Shown one piece after another: positions 23,366 to 36,530 of a stretch of 64,000 nucleotides of DNA. The first letter of the stretch is position 1; each line of letters begins with the position of its first letter. The translations under genes were made by a program, and so were the position numbers. Under the pieces are notes generated by a model that was not told the DNA's origin, searched no databases, and saw only the letters and a program-made list of their open reading frames with translations. The DNA is taken from NCBI RefSeq assembly GCF_018977255.1, contig NW_024704743.1, forward strand, positions 29,576,001 through 29,640,000. The letters are read 5' to 3'. The stretch comes from Callorhinchus milii. Taxonomy: Eukaryota.

Positions 23366-25209
23366 GTCTCCAAGATACATTTTCCTTGCGAAGAAATAAG
23401 GTCTGATTTTTGACATTCAGAACTTTTACCATATCCCGAGTAACGTAACAAGGTTTAGTTCAGTCAAATTTTATTTAAATGTTTCAAACTATAAAGCAAT
23501 TTTTTTTTAAATCACCTCTTATATGTTATTTTAAGGGAACAAAAACAAAGAAAAGAAAAACGTCCTGGTCCAGTTTTATTCCTATTTGTGCAGGTATAGA
23601 GGGTTCTTTGCAGCACAGTTCATATATTTTGCCTGAAGCAGTATTTTGCTCTGTTTTAACTTCATATCATTATTGGTATCACCCGTCTTTTGTGATCCAT
23701 GATAACATGAACCATAGCAGATTAACACTGCACCTTACATTCAATCTTGCTGACGTATTCATTTGCACATAAACATTTTCCCTTTTCAACGAGCTATTGT
23801 ACAATTCACGCACAAAGTACCCATTTATTCCACATTACAGTATATTTGTGAAGAAGCACTTTGAAATGTTCTCCTATCTTCAGATGTACGGATTATTATT
23901 TATTACTACATTGGCGGTGAAACTGTGGGACATTCCTTTCCCATAGCTCAGTTGCCTTGCTGTCCTTGTTGCTTTCTGGCCATTTTCAACAACCTCATAA
24001 TTTGAGAAGATCATCGTCAAAACTTGCACCCTTCAAACAGGGTAGCATCTCTGCTATGAGTCAAAATCAGATTTATAGCATCAGGTTACCTCTCAGTACC
24101 AGTGACAAGAAAGGGAAATGCCTCGGTCATCTTCTGTGATAATGTTAATATGTTAAACTGTTCTCAGCTTCAGAGAAATCATATCCGTAGTGTCCACTCT
24201 GGGGAGGTCTGTGCGATAAAATACATAATGAAGCAGGTCTTTCTAAACTACCCATTTGAATATTGGGTTTTAATTTGCAATATTTGCTAAAATGGCTAGT
24301 TGTAAATCCTATAAGATGACACAGCCTGAAAATAGGTTGGCGAGCAAAATATTGGTGTTTTGCTCACTGGCCTTTGTTTTTTTGCTTTTGCTGGCTTTCA
24401 GGATTTGTAATAAACTGCCTTGCAAATCTCACAATTCGCATTTGTAAATAGATCATCCAGACCAATTTTGAAAAGAAAGACTCCAAATAACAGCCCAGTG
24501 GAACATCACTAGTGTTAATGATCAGGTACCACATTTTTGCCCTGTTGAATAAAATAGACTTGCGATCGCGGAGATCACAAAAGTTAAATTGTGTTGCAGT
24601 GTTTCCTTACTGCATTTTGGTTGCATTCCAACTGGAAATGTTTCCTCAGGCTGGTCTCATGTAATAATAATAATAATTCAGTCTTCATTTGGGGAGGCAA
24701 TGTTTCATAGCTCTTAAAAAGAACCAGCATATGTTGTAGGCCTGAGTTTAAGATACAAGAAGACAAGAGGCCAGTGAGCAAGTGGTGAGTTGATTGATCT
24801 GAGGCAAAGTGGGATTAAAGCCTAGAAAAGCAGAAAATTTCTGTTTATGAATGTTATTTCAACTCCGGTGCTCAAAGAACACACGTGAATGCCAAGTGAG
24901 AACAGGACAAGATGTACCTATCATATCTCAGGATTTGCTATTTGTACTATCCAGACAAGTGTGTTCCACAGTGATGAGTGGCAGCTGCCACACTGAGCAT
25001 TCCTAACGTATAGAATATTTAGGATGTACATAAATCCTGCAACCAGAGGCCTAGAACCAACAACCTCCTCAGTAGCTTTATATTGAAGACATTCGGTACA
25101 AGTTGGGAATGAAAATAAAGGGACAGTACAAACTGAACAACCAGATCCTCAAAGAACATTGAACACAATTCATTGATGATAAAAATGTTTTAGTTCCTTT
25201 TCATGATGA

Positions 25210-25520
25210 ACCATCTCAAAGTGATTAATTTAAGTTACTTTGAAGTGCAGTCACTTATGTAGGTAAATGTGACACCTAATCTGTGTAGGAAATGGCCCAT
25301 ACACAGCAACAAGATGATTGACCATTATTGGTTAGGATACTGGGGAACCTTTGGGATCCTCTTTGAATTAATGCCATTGGATCTTGAGCATTCACCTGAA
25401 CAGGCAGAGGGACCTCAGTTTAGTGTCTAATCGAAAGAAACAATGTAGCGCCACCCCAAATGCCAGTCTAGATTATGGGCTCTAGTACAGAGCAGGATCC
25501 CACAACCATTCTGACCCAGA
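25210..25520 (-). mobile_element. Deu-domain SINE, decayed
   Basis: TGCCATTGGATCTTGAGCATTCACCTGAACAGGCAGAGGGACCTCAGTTTAGTGTC. Confidence 0.65.
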
Positions 25521-25702
25521 GGGAGTGTGGGCATATCTCCCTCTGTGCCTCTTAGCTTAGCACATAAAATTCAAACCTAGTCTGTTGTTTGGTGGCACAA
25601 TAATGGGAGGGAGAGGAAAATCTCACCATCTTGATATTGCTCATGCTTTCTGGAGTGCTATGTGGACCAAAGCAGGACTTTGGCAAGACAGGACCTGCAA
25701 AG

Positions 25703-25978
25703 CAACAACAACAAGAAGATTACATTTGTATCGCACCTTTCACGTCGGGATGACGTCTCAAGGCACTGGACAGTGTACAGCATTTCAGACCTAAGCTGGG
25801 GTCAGGGGTGAGAAGGGAGAGGAGCGGAAGGGGGTGACCAATGACATGGTCGAAGAGGAGGGTTTTGAGGTAGGACTTGAAGGAGTTTAAGGAGGGGGCG
25901 AGGCAGAATGATTGGGGGATGGAGTTCCAGAGGTTGGGGGCAGAGTGGCTGAAGGCTCTTCCGCTAATGGTGGAGACA
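25703..25978 (-). mobile_element. L2 3' end
   Basis: (CAA)n-GATTACATTTGTATCGCACCTTTCACGTCGGGATGACGTCTCAAGGCACT...GGAGTTCCAGAGG...GGCTGAAGGC. Confidence 0.85.
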
Positions 25979-26449
25979 GATTTTTATTGCTAAAACAGGG
26001 AAGAACATGGGGGAAAAAGTGGTGTGGTTTTCTATAATGATCAGCATGAGAGAACACCTATCATTTACAATAATGAAGAACCCATCAGTTTTTTTTGCAA
26101 CAAGTTCATAGTAATTATATTTTTAATCCTTTAAATGTTTTTAAAGCTAGTAGTTTCTTGTCTGATCTGGAGGTATATAAATGTATTTTAATAGACAGGT
26201 ACAGAACAAGAAAGCTGAAGCCTGGAGGACAGCAGCAACAAGACAAAAGTGTTACATGCAACAACTCCAGACAACATCTTATTGAGTATAGAATGCCCTC
26301 CAGTGTCCTGTTGTCATGTTGGATCCAGGTTTTCAGAGACCCTTCTGAATTTCTATATATTGCTGATTCACTTAATAAACCACAAGCTTCTAGCGCTGAG
26401 GAATTTCCACCCCTATTCACACTGTGGGGGCAAGTTCTACTACACTTGG

Positions 26450-26660
26450 AGTTAGAGGTGCCGTCCTTCGGATAAGGCATTACACCGAGGCCTCGTCTGC
26501 CTGTTCAGGTGAACATTATAGATCCCATGGTACTCTTCGTAAAAAGAGTTTCTCCCAGTGTCCTGGTCAATAAACCTCCTAATAAAATTCATCATTCACT
26601 TTGCTGTGTGCAAATGGCTGTCACAATTACTTACAAATGCACAGCAACTACAATTATCTG
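26450..26660 (+). mobile_element. Deu-domain SINE fragment
   Basis: GAGGTGCCGTCCTTCGGATAAGGCATTACACCGAGGCCTCGTCTGCCTGTTCAGGTGAAC...GATCCCATGG. Confidence 0.75.
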
Positions 26661-26851
26661 AAAAGTGCTTTAATTCATTTCCATGTTACAAGCAAGGACA
26701 ATTATTATACTAAAATAAATCATGAACGAGTCACAGTTCCTTTATGTCTTTCTCCGTCCCTCAAATGTTCCTTTAAATTACTTCATTGGAAGTTTTTCAG
26801 ATGGGGTGCAAAATACTCTTTTTTAATATAAGAACCGAGGAGAATCAAAGA

Positions 26852-27226
26852 GGAGTTCTGTAGCGTATTAGCTAGCACACTCTCCTTGCAAGCGAGAGGG
26901 CCCGGGTTTGATTCCCAGTTAGGGTGAAACGTTAGGCAAGTTTCCTCACTCCACATGCCTTTGTTCACCTAGCCGTAAGTAAGAAACTGGTTGTTGGTCG
27001 ATTGGCAGATCACTTTTCTGGGAGTAATAATCCTTTCAGAAATAATATTAGAAAACATAATTTGGTCACTCAATCTGTTTGTGGGACACTGCTGTACGCA
27101 ATTGGCTGCCACATTTTGCCCACAAAATATACAGTGAATTCACTTTGCAGTATATTCTGTGAAGCGCTTTGAGACGTCTTGAAGATGTGATAAGGTGCTA
27201 TATAAAATGCAAGGATTATTATTATT
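26852..27226 (+). mobile_element. tRNA-Ala SINE long form, full length
   Basis: GGAGTTCTGTAGCG head, CCCGGGTTTGATTCCC T arm, long central segment, shared 3' half and (TTA)n tail. Confidence 0.92.
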
Positions 27227-28177
27227 GATGTCACGGTTAACATCTTTTATCAGATTATTGCTTTTGGATGAAATTTGACTCATCAAGGTGATGGTGATGG
27301 GTCTGGCACATATGCTACTGTTGAAGTAATCATAAGCAAAACTACTCGAGAAGTCCTTTTAAATTTTTAAAGGCTGTTTGCGAAGTTTCCATATGTACAG
27401 TATGAAGTGCAGAACAGCAAACCCAGCAATTGATTTTTGTTTAACTTGTACAAACAATAGTGGAATACTGCAGACCCACCTGGCTCAGAAACTGGATTAC
27501 TAACACTGCCTTAGAGGGTGAGCTCAATTCTGACATTCCGTTGCCAAACATGTCACCTTTGAGCCAATTTAACTTCAATGATTCCCCCATCCCCACCCCC
27601 CATTATTATAGTAATATAAAATAATCCACTTAGCTTTATTGCTTATTGTAGCCATTCATTGCCACAGCAGATAACAAAATGCTAGCATCCATGCCCAGTA
27701 GGGTTGAAAAGCTCAAAATAGTATTAATTATCTGCACTGCAAACTCTACATTGTAGGCTGACCATACGACTTACTGTAAGAGTTACCTTGGAATGACTAA
27801 CATTACAATGAGACTGTGGGACCTAACATGCACTTTAGTAGAGCATAAGGAACACTCAATTATATTGTTTAGCAAACTCTTAGTAGAAGACACATGTGGT
27901 AGCAACTCAGGTGGCCTAATTGAGTGATCTGATCAAATAGTTAAAAAAAACCTGACGAATCAGGTTGTGCTGCTCCTATGAATTCTGCACGCTAAATTCT
28001 CTAACAATTTTAATTAGATGGTCAGTTTTCCACAGTTTATTTCCAGTCTATATTGTTCATTTTGGCACTAGTTAATTTTAATGAAAACTCTCTGTGTAGA
28101 AACGTCCTCCAAAACTCCCCATTTGCTTCCTTGCTAACGTCTTGTAAATTGGCTGCTGCATTCACCTACAAATATGC

Positions 28178-28503
28178 AATAATAATAATAATAATAATCC
28201 TTGCATTTGATATAGCGCTTTTCACGTCAGGAGGACGTCCCAAAGCGCTTCACAGAACACACTGTAAAGTGAATTGACTGTATATTTGTGGGCGAACGCG
28301 GCAGCCAATTGCGCACAGCAATGTCCCACAAACAGTCGTAGATTGAAAATGACCAATTTAATTATTGTTTTTGGTTTTTTGGAGGATTATTATTAGGCGT
28401 GTGGAGTAAGGAAACTTGCCCAAGGTTTCGCCCTCTGCCTGGAATTGAACTCAGGTCTCTCACTTGCAAAGCGAGTGCTCTAACCACTGAGCTACAGGAC
28501 TCC
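28178..28503 (-). mobile_element. tRNA-Ala SINE short form, full length, nested in an older SINE tail
   Basis: Very similar to 43469-43797. Flanks 28140-28177 and 28504-28566 are the two halves of a plus-strand SINE tail. Confidence 0.95.
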
Positions 28504-28720
28504 ATAAATCCTGTGAAGCGCTTGGAGATGTCCTGACAACATGATGCTGTGCTATATCATTATTATGTGAAATTGCTGCCTTCCAGTCAATGACTCACTG
28601 ACCAGTGGAAGTAATCTCTCCTGATCATTTGTATCAAAACCTGTCATAATTTTAAAGTGCTTAATCAGGTCTTGCTTCATCCTTCTCTATTCAAATGAAA
28701 ATGGCCTAGTTCCTATAGAT

Positions 28721-28934
28721 CAGTAGTGGCCAACCTTTATGGTCGGCCAACAAAATACATTTTCTTGATTGAATATTGCTTGATTTATGGCATAAGAAAG
28801 AAATTAAAACACTATTGATCGAACACGGACTTACGCATGTGAATATATTCACTCATGTGAATATTCGAGGCATCAGCTTCTTGATTGCCCCATGGGCCAC
28901 TTCCAGCCTGTGGGCTACAGGTTGGCCACTATTA
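28721..28934. mobile_element. hAT (Charlie-like) MITE with both TIRs
   Basis: TIRs CAGTAGTGGCCAACCT and AGGTTGGCCACTATTA (14/16 match). Degenerate 8-bp flanks CTATAGAT and TTCCAGAT. Confidence 0.75.
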
Positions 28935-29914
28935 TTCCAGATCCAAATTTCCACTCTTGGCAATGACAACAACACCTTGCTTTACATACAACTCTTCATG
29001 CTGGTTAGCACCTTGGAGCGCTCTAAAGGCCCTAGTCAATGATCCGCTGCAAATATTGGGCTCAAAAGTTTTAAACAGTCCAAGGGGTGTTCATCCACCC
29101 ACCTCAATGATTGGCCCAGTCTTGGCCTACTTGATCGACAAAGTTAATTTCTGGCCAAGGAGAATCCTGATATTCTCCCTCCTTGTGAGTGTTGGACAAA
29201 AAAATCTGCCTAAAAATAAATTAGAGACAGATTTAGGGCCTAAAATATCCAAAATAATAAATCGCCAGTCTCAGTTTAAAAAAAATTGCCTGATGCTGGG
29301 ATTTGTAAGGAAAGCAATCGCTGACCTGGAATGGTGAGCTGCCATCTCGTGGGTACAGTGTATGCGAGTGTTAAAGAAGGAACACACCGCAAATGTTATC
29401 CATAGAAGTTATTACACTTTAATCCACTGCTGGTGTAAAGCTTGCTTTTTTGTGAATGAAATCCCTCTCCCCAGCTTTCACTATCACTAAACACATTACT
29501 TTGTATAATACACTGTGCGGAAAATCACAGCGTATAATTTGGGAGGATACAAAATATTTGGACATTTCTCAATTTCTTGATTCCCTGGATTGCTCTGAAA
29601 CATTTTCATCTTGTTCAAGCTTTTCTGTGATTTAGATGCAGAAAAGTCCAGCCATCAAAGGGTCAACTAGACATTGCGTATTTTTAAAAACTGCTTTTAC
29701 ACACATCCTGTCTAGACCTGTGCTTGGTTTCTGAAATGTATGTGTATTTGTGAACTTGTTTTCAATGTAATTACTCATTCCCACTCATTACCAAGGATAA
29801 ATTTCACCGTGACCTGTGGTGTAATTTTCCTTTTTGTCTCCCCCTCCCTCCTTGATAATAAATTTACTGACAGGCATATCAGAGTAGCTACTGTTACTGC
29901 CCAGAAATCAAGCA

Positions 29915-30028
29915 TTTTGCCCACAAAATGTACAGTCAATTCACTTTGCAGTATATTCTGTGAAGTGCTTTGAGATGTCTCAGACATGATAAGACACTAC
30001 AGCAAATGCAAGGATTATTATTATTATT
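29915..30028 (+). mobile_element. SINE 3' tail fragment
   Basis: TTTTGCCCACAAAATGTACAGTCAATTCACTTTGCAG...AAATGCAAGGATTATTATTATT. Confidence 0.85.
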
Positions 30029-32247
30029 CAACTCTTATTACAAATTCCAATATGGGAGGAGGCCATTCCGCCAATTAAATCAAACTAGTGTCACCTCCAT
30101 TGGAGCTATCTGGTAAAATCCCAAATCCCTGCGCCTTCCCCCACTTTATATTGGAGTCCAAAGCGCAGTATCTACAACCAGTATTCCTAAAGGAGTGATA
30201 ACTATTGCTTGCTGCTGGTAAGCAGATGTAGGTGACCCTGGCTTGTGGAAACTCCCCTCCAATGTGACAAGAAATACATTGCTTCGGAGCAGAGTTCCCA
30301 CTGGTAACTATTCAATGTTTATACATCTTTTGTATGTATAAATCCAGGTTGCAACTTCTGCACTTTAAACCCCAATTGCTTTTTAAATGTTGTTATGATC
30401 TCAGCCTCAACAGTTACTTCTGGCAAAGCTTTCCATGTTCTCATATCCCTCTGTGTGAATGCCATTTTTCTAACCTTCTAATTTAACTCTTCCTATAATA
30501 ATCCTAAAGTTAGACTATCTTGTTACTAATTTATCAACCAGTGGGATTAATCTTTCAGCAATTGTATCACAACAGTTTCATGTACACATCAATGGTCAGT
30601 GGACTTCATATGATATGAGAGCCATTTTCCTCAGGCTTCAGTGTGGTAGACTTAAGAGATCGTGCATTGCACATAAAAGTATTTTTTTTAATTACTCGCA
30701 AACATTTTCCAGCTAGGGTCTTTGCATAATATTTCCCTGGGCCCATGACTTGACATGTAGAGTGGACAGATGGCCTGTTTTATACCATCAGCCAGCGGAG
30801 CTCTGAACATGGCCAATGGGAGTTGGAACTCTCCTTGATGTCTGACATCCACATGCCTGAGATTAGCAACTGTGCGAGGGTAAAATCCAAAGACAGGAAC
30901 CGGTGTCTGACTCTCCTTACACTTGTCCTGATGTACTGCTCCATTGTGCAGATGTCATCAACCCATTTAAAAAACACTGGATACATTTTAGAGAGATTAA
31001 TAGATGTATTTAAGAAGTTAGATATATATACGAGAGAGAAGGAAATAAAAGGGTATTGGAGGGAATAAGCAGTGGGTGGAAACTCATATGGTGTCTAAAC
31101 ATCAGCACGGACATTTGCGCCAAAAGGCTTGTTTCCGTGCTGTAAAGTCTTTGTAAATCTGTATAAATCTAGGTACTATTTTCTTTTGTGTACTGCTGGA
31201 CTCCATGCTATAATCAGCTTGGCCCAGGAGAGAACATTACCTCAGTGGCAGCAAAGACTGAACCAGTTTCTTGTTCGCCTAATCTCCACCCATGGGAGCA
31301 CACCCTGTGAAGAGGAAAACTGTGAGGCTTACTCAGTAGCTTCACCAAGCCTCCCTCTCCTTCTCTGGACCCTGGTGGCTGCTCCTTTCTCTACAGCCAG
31401 CGCTCTGAAATACAGAGAATCAGAATTCTGGCTGCTTTATGGATTTTTCCACTTACCACAGGGTGAAAAATTGCGCAATTGGCAGAAGTAATACTATTCC
31501 GGACAGGACTGCCAACAGGAAGTCTGCAGCCTTGATTTGGAGACTGAGGCCTGGTAAGGGCTGTGTGCTGTATGATATTTGTCTTCTTGTTACTTGGTGG
31601 TAATGGCAATAGATACACAAAACAATTAGCTACCAATTAGGGTAACTAGGACGTGTTAACAGAACTATTGAACCACTTCCTGATCTTCCAGCTTTTAAAC
31701 GTCAGCAGACACAGGTCGAATGACTTGTATTGGCACTGTCAAATTTTTAATGGCTTGTTTCGTCCCTAACTGGGGCTGGAGGTCAACCTCAGTGGGGAGG
31801 ACTTCAGCTGTTCAGCCAACTTTTGTTTTCAGGGTGTGTGTGTGTGCGTAATAAAAAAAGTCATTTCCCTTGTTATGACCCAGCCCTCACTGATCTATTT
31901 GGCTGAATTTGCTGGGATTTCTTTAGTCCTGGTGAATGTTATTTCTCTTGTTTGTTTTTTGGTCAATTTTCTCCTCTCCTCATCTCCTGGAGGTGCTGGC
32001 TTATGCTGGGGATGTTCCATCAGCGCCTGCATCCCTCTGTAAATATTAAAACATGTCTATTTTTCATGTGCGAGCCCAGAGAGTGAGTGTTGACTGGCTC
32101 ATTTGAACAAGTGGGCATCACAGCTGAGCACAATCCCACACACACTCACTATTCACAGCACCAGGGGCCACAAGATCATGAGAGCTACGCATGAAAATGT
32201 CTTTTAGTCCATTTGATCTCAACCATCCAGAATACCCATCCCCATGA

Positions 32248-32822
32248 TACAAAAATACAAAATTACATTTGTAAAGTGCCTTTCACGTCGGGAGGAATTC
32301 CCAAGGCACTGGACAGTCAGGGATTAGAACCCGAGCCAGGGGTGGGGTTGAGTTCAGGGAGGGTGGAGGGTGGTGGCCGAAGGCATGGTTTGAAGAGGAG
32401 GGTCTTGAGGCGTGCCTTGAAGGAGGCAAGGGAGGCAAAGGGAATGTGGGATGGAGTTCCAGAGGGTGGGGTCAGAGAGGCTGAAAGCCTGACCGCCGAT
32501 GGTGGGGCTGGCCGGGCAGGGGACATGGAGCAGCCCGGAGCCTGCTGAGCGGAGGGAGCGGACAGGTTTATAAGGGGTTCGCAGGTTGGAGAGGTAGGAG
32601 GGGGCAAGGCCATGGAAGGCTTTGAAGTTGAGGACGAGAATTTTGAACTCGATCCTCTGAGGGATGGGGAGCCGGTGGAACTGGGTGAGGGTGGGGATGA
32701 TGGGATCACGGAGCCTGGTGCGGGCGAGGACACGAGCTGCAGAGTTCTGGATGATCTGCAGATTGTGGAGGGAAGAGTTGGGACGACTGACAAGCAGGAC
32801 GTTGGCATAGTCGAGCCTGGTT
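32248..32822 (-). mobile_element. L2 LINE 3' end
   Basis: Minus strand reads [38 protein letters not shown]; tail stem-loop near 32275-32310. Confidence 0.92.
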
Positions 32823-33227
32823 AATGAATCCTTTACAGCAACAAGCTGTTTCTAAATGAGTCCAGTGCCCTGGCTTCAATCATTCCTCCAGGTAATTTAT
32901 TCCAGCTGTTAATTACCTTCTGTAAAGAAATAATTCCTGATGTTTGAGCTAAACTTGCCCTTCACTGCTTTGAACTTCTGCTCTCTTGTCATGTTGCCTT
33001 GGCGTAAAATGATGATATTGTTCCTGGATTTAGCATCTGATTCCTGGATGGTGACTAGGAGTCCGAAAACCTGGCTGATTTTTTCCAGAGGTGCTAATGT
33101 TAATTGTAGTCCTGCTGTTCCAGTTCAGCTCAATTATATCAGCACATATCAGGAATTAGATTTTAGTGTAAGACTTAATGCTGCACCACGTTCTGACTTG
33201 TAACAAAACCGGAACACATCTGGAATT

Positions 33228-33595
33228 ATCATAGAATCATAGAATTATACAGCTCAGAAGGAGGCCATTCGGCCCATCGTGTCTGTGCCGGCTCTTTGAA
33301 AAGAGCTGTCCAAATCAATCCTACTTCCCCGCTCTCTCCCCATATCCCTGTAAACTTGTCCTCCCCTAATAATTATCTACTTCTCTCTTAAAGGTTGTTA
33401 TCGAATTGGCTTCCACCACCCTTTCAAACAATGCATTCCAGATCCAAATTACTCGCTGTGTGAAAAAAATTTCCCTCACCTCCCCTCTGTTTCTTTTAAC
33501 AGCTATTTTAAATCAGTGTCCTCGGGTTACCGACCTGCCCGCCAGTGGAAATAGTTTCTCCTTGTTCACCCTATCGAATCCCCTCATAATTCATT
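33228..33595 (-). mobile_element. CR1 LINE 3' end
   Basis: (CATAGAAT)n tail, GGAGGCCATTCGGCCCATC, and the reverse of the FFTQRVIWIWNAL coding segment. Confidence 0.92.
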
Positions 33596-36157
33596 TGATT
33601 GTTTTGCGAGAGTGGCATGACCCACATCCAGTTACCTGCAGAATTCAACCTTTGTAAATCCTTCACCATTCCGCGCCTCATCTCACCATTGAGGCGTCTC
33701 AAAGTGCTTCACAGAATAGACTGTAAAGTGAATATTATGGGCGAAATGCAGCAGCCAGTTTGCGCACAGCAATGTCTTACAAACAGCCATGGAGTGAGTG
33801 ACCAATTGAGGGACTCTATTAGATAATTTCTTGTACCTCTGCTGCCTCTGACACCAATTGTCCATTCTAATGTTGCACCTCAGACTTGGTGGGTCATTAT
33901 TCTTCATTACTCATGGCTATCTTACCTACAAATACACAGTCACTAAACAACAGCAATGTGAAAGTCTTTGAAGCATTTTGACATTTTAGGTTCTGTACCA
34001 AATGTAAAATGTCTTTATTTTTTGACGTTAGTGACCCATAATGCAACCCACAGCCATTTGACTCAAAGTGGCAGCTTAAAATAGTGTGTATATTTTGCAA
34101 AATGATGAATGATCATGGGGGTTGTGGGGTAGACAGATATGGGGCTTCCTTTATTAAGGTAGGGCTCAGGATTGTATGTATGACTGGACCTCTCATGCAC
34201 ATGCTGTCTGAAAACCAACTTGACCACAGAAATGTCTGTAATTCATCCTGGCCAGTACTCTCATAAATATAAATGTGTATATATCTATAACTACTGAAGT
34301 CCAACACATTGCAATACCATAACTATGTTTTAGTCATCAAAAAAATCTCTATTCAGCTATCTCCTCTATTAAACTTTAAACCAAACACAATAATCCTTAG
34401 TGAACTTGTACAAATGGCAATGACTGGGTTTTCAATGTCATTTAAGAGAGCGCTTCAAAATACTTTTAGTTTAAAACAATGAAAGGTTTTCATGCATGGC
34501 TGCTGAAGGTTATTGAGAAGATTTTATTTTATTGTTGCACTTTTACGTTCAGTAAGTTAAAAGATTGGCATCGGGAAGTCAATTTTGTGCGCAGTATGAT
34601 TTTGAAGTCCAGTTTTCTTTCACTTTTAAGTTTGGAGGAGCCTTAGTACATCAATGACTCGAGTCACATCGGGAGTGCCTGTGAACTTGTCTGGGTCGGC
34701 CCTGCTTGTGTGTGGGTGGCAGGGATCAGCTGACGGAGGAAATGAGAGCGTGAAGCAGGCCACCCAGAGTCCTCAGGTCACTGCTGACAATCCAGTTCTC
34801 AGATCAGGGCAGACACCTGCTCTCCTTGCCAAAACAAACCATCCTCTGCCATGGGCACACTTTAAAGGCTTGGCTTTCACAGCGCCGTGGCTCCTGTTTC
34901 ACTTTAACCTTCTCAAGTAACCAATGCACTCCACCAAGGCACCTCGTACAAAAAAGGCTCTCATTATGAATCTGGAAAGTGCCAATATGTGTCCGTGAAT
35001 TGGTGCTAGAGTTTCAGAGAGAAAAGTCATTTCTTATTCTTACATGGTGGTCCTTCAAGAGAAACCAAAGTGCTATTTGTTATCTTTAGAGCCGCTAAGT
35101 ACATCTGGTTTTGATTTTGCTCGTCTAGTTTGTCTTCAGGATCAGCTTGAAGTTTCAAAGGTTTTTTTTACCTCCCTCTCTCCCTTATAAACTGAGTTCC
35201 CCCAGAATTTCAGGCTGAGGATGAGAACCGGAGGAGGCTTGTGCTCAACAGGATAGACCAGCTATTCACTCCCTGGCCTTTGGTTTCACAGACCTGGCAT
35301 AAATCAGTTTCACCTGTTTGGCACAAGCGAGCACATATTAAAAGTAATAAAAATCCATTAGCAGGATCAGATTTTGCCTGCGTATTTTCTGATGTAAAAT
35401 TAAGTGAACCCCTATTGACCCGCCTGCCACATTTCATTTTTATTGCTCTTGTAAACTGATTATAAAGGCCCACGGAGCCTTAAGTAATTATGTTTAAAAG
35501 GTATTACAGTCAGTTTCTTTCAAATGTCTATAACCCCATTTCGCAGCTGTCATGCATGAATCCAGAACACATCTCGAAAGCTGATATAAAATACAAAGCC
35601 TGTTTCTCCTTTAGCGATCTCAAGCTGCGGGTGGAAAAATCTGTAATGTCACAGGGTGGGCCTTCCTTATCTGTATAAAATGATAATTTTCCCTTGAAAA
35701 TTTCCTTACTTGGCTATGGTTTATCCTTCAACCTGGTGGGTGGAAATATCCCATACTTTTGCCTCCCGGTCAGCTGCTGGCAGTGTCTTTCTGCTCCTCA
35801 GCCAACCTTTCTCTCCACGCTGCTCCATTTTTCAAGGTGTGCAGCTCCTACTAGGACTCTGGCCAGGGTCTCTTCAAACTCACCTGAAAGAGGATAGACA
35901 TACATGAATATACAAACTAGAATTCTAACTCACGGTCCCAAACTCATAACGACAGCTACTGGGTCACATTGCTATGTTTTAAAGTAAATGCTAAATGCAA
36001 AGTAAAGCTCAGTGAATGTTTCCAATGGACTGATGTATGGACTGAGAATGTGACAGATTTGAGTGCTGGTTTAGCTTATGCTTTCTGATCTCAGCCAAGA
36101 TAATACTCAAGACACTACTAGCTGCTCCTATTTGACCATTTATGATGGCGTGTGAAT

Positions 36158-36530
36158 ACAACAACAAATTGCATTTATATAGCGCCTGTCATGTCGGGAG
36201 GATGTCCTGCATGTCCAGGCCTGATGCACTGGATAATCAAGAGTTTGTACGTGAGACGGGGGTTGGATTTGGGGGGGGGGGGGTGAGATTGTGTGGGACG
36301 AGATTATGGGAGAAAGATGACCAAAGAGGAAGGTGTTGAGAGATAGACCTTGAAGAAGGCGAGGGAAGGGACGAGGCGGAAGGACTCCGGGATGGCGTTC
36401 CAGAGAGTGGGGTCAGAAAAGCTGAAATCCCAAACACTGATTGTGAGATGGGCAGGACAGGGGACGTGAAGCAGAGGGAGTGGGCGGGTTGGTAGGGTTT
36501 TAAAAGGCCACAGAGATAGGGTGGGGCTAG
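36158..36530 (-). mobile_element. L2 3' end, decayed
   Basis: CAACAACAAATTGCATTTATATAGCGCCTGTCATGTCGGGAGGATGTCC tail, then GTTCCAGAGAGTGGGGTCAGAAAAGCTGAA as at about 32455. Confidence 0.8.

Noticed and set aside
26095..26480. Overlapping 126-aa and 121-aa ORFs
   Set aside because: No recognisable homology, and one end lies in a SINE; consistent with chance.
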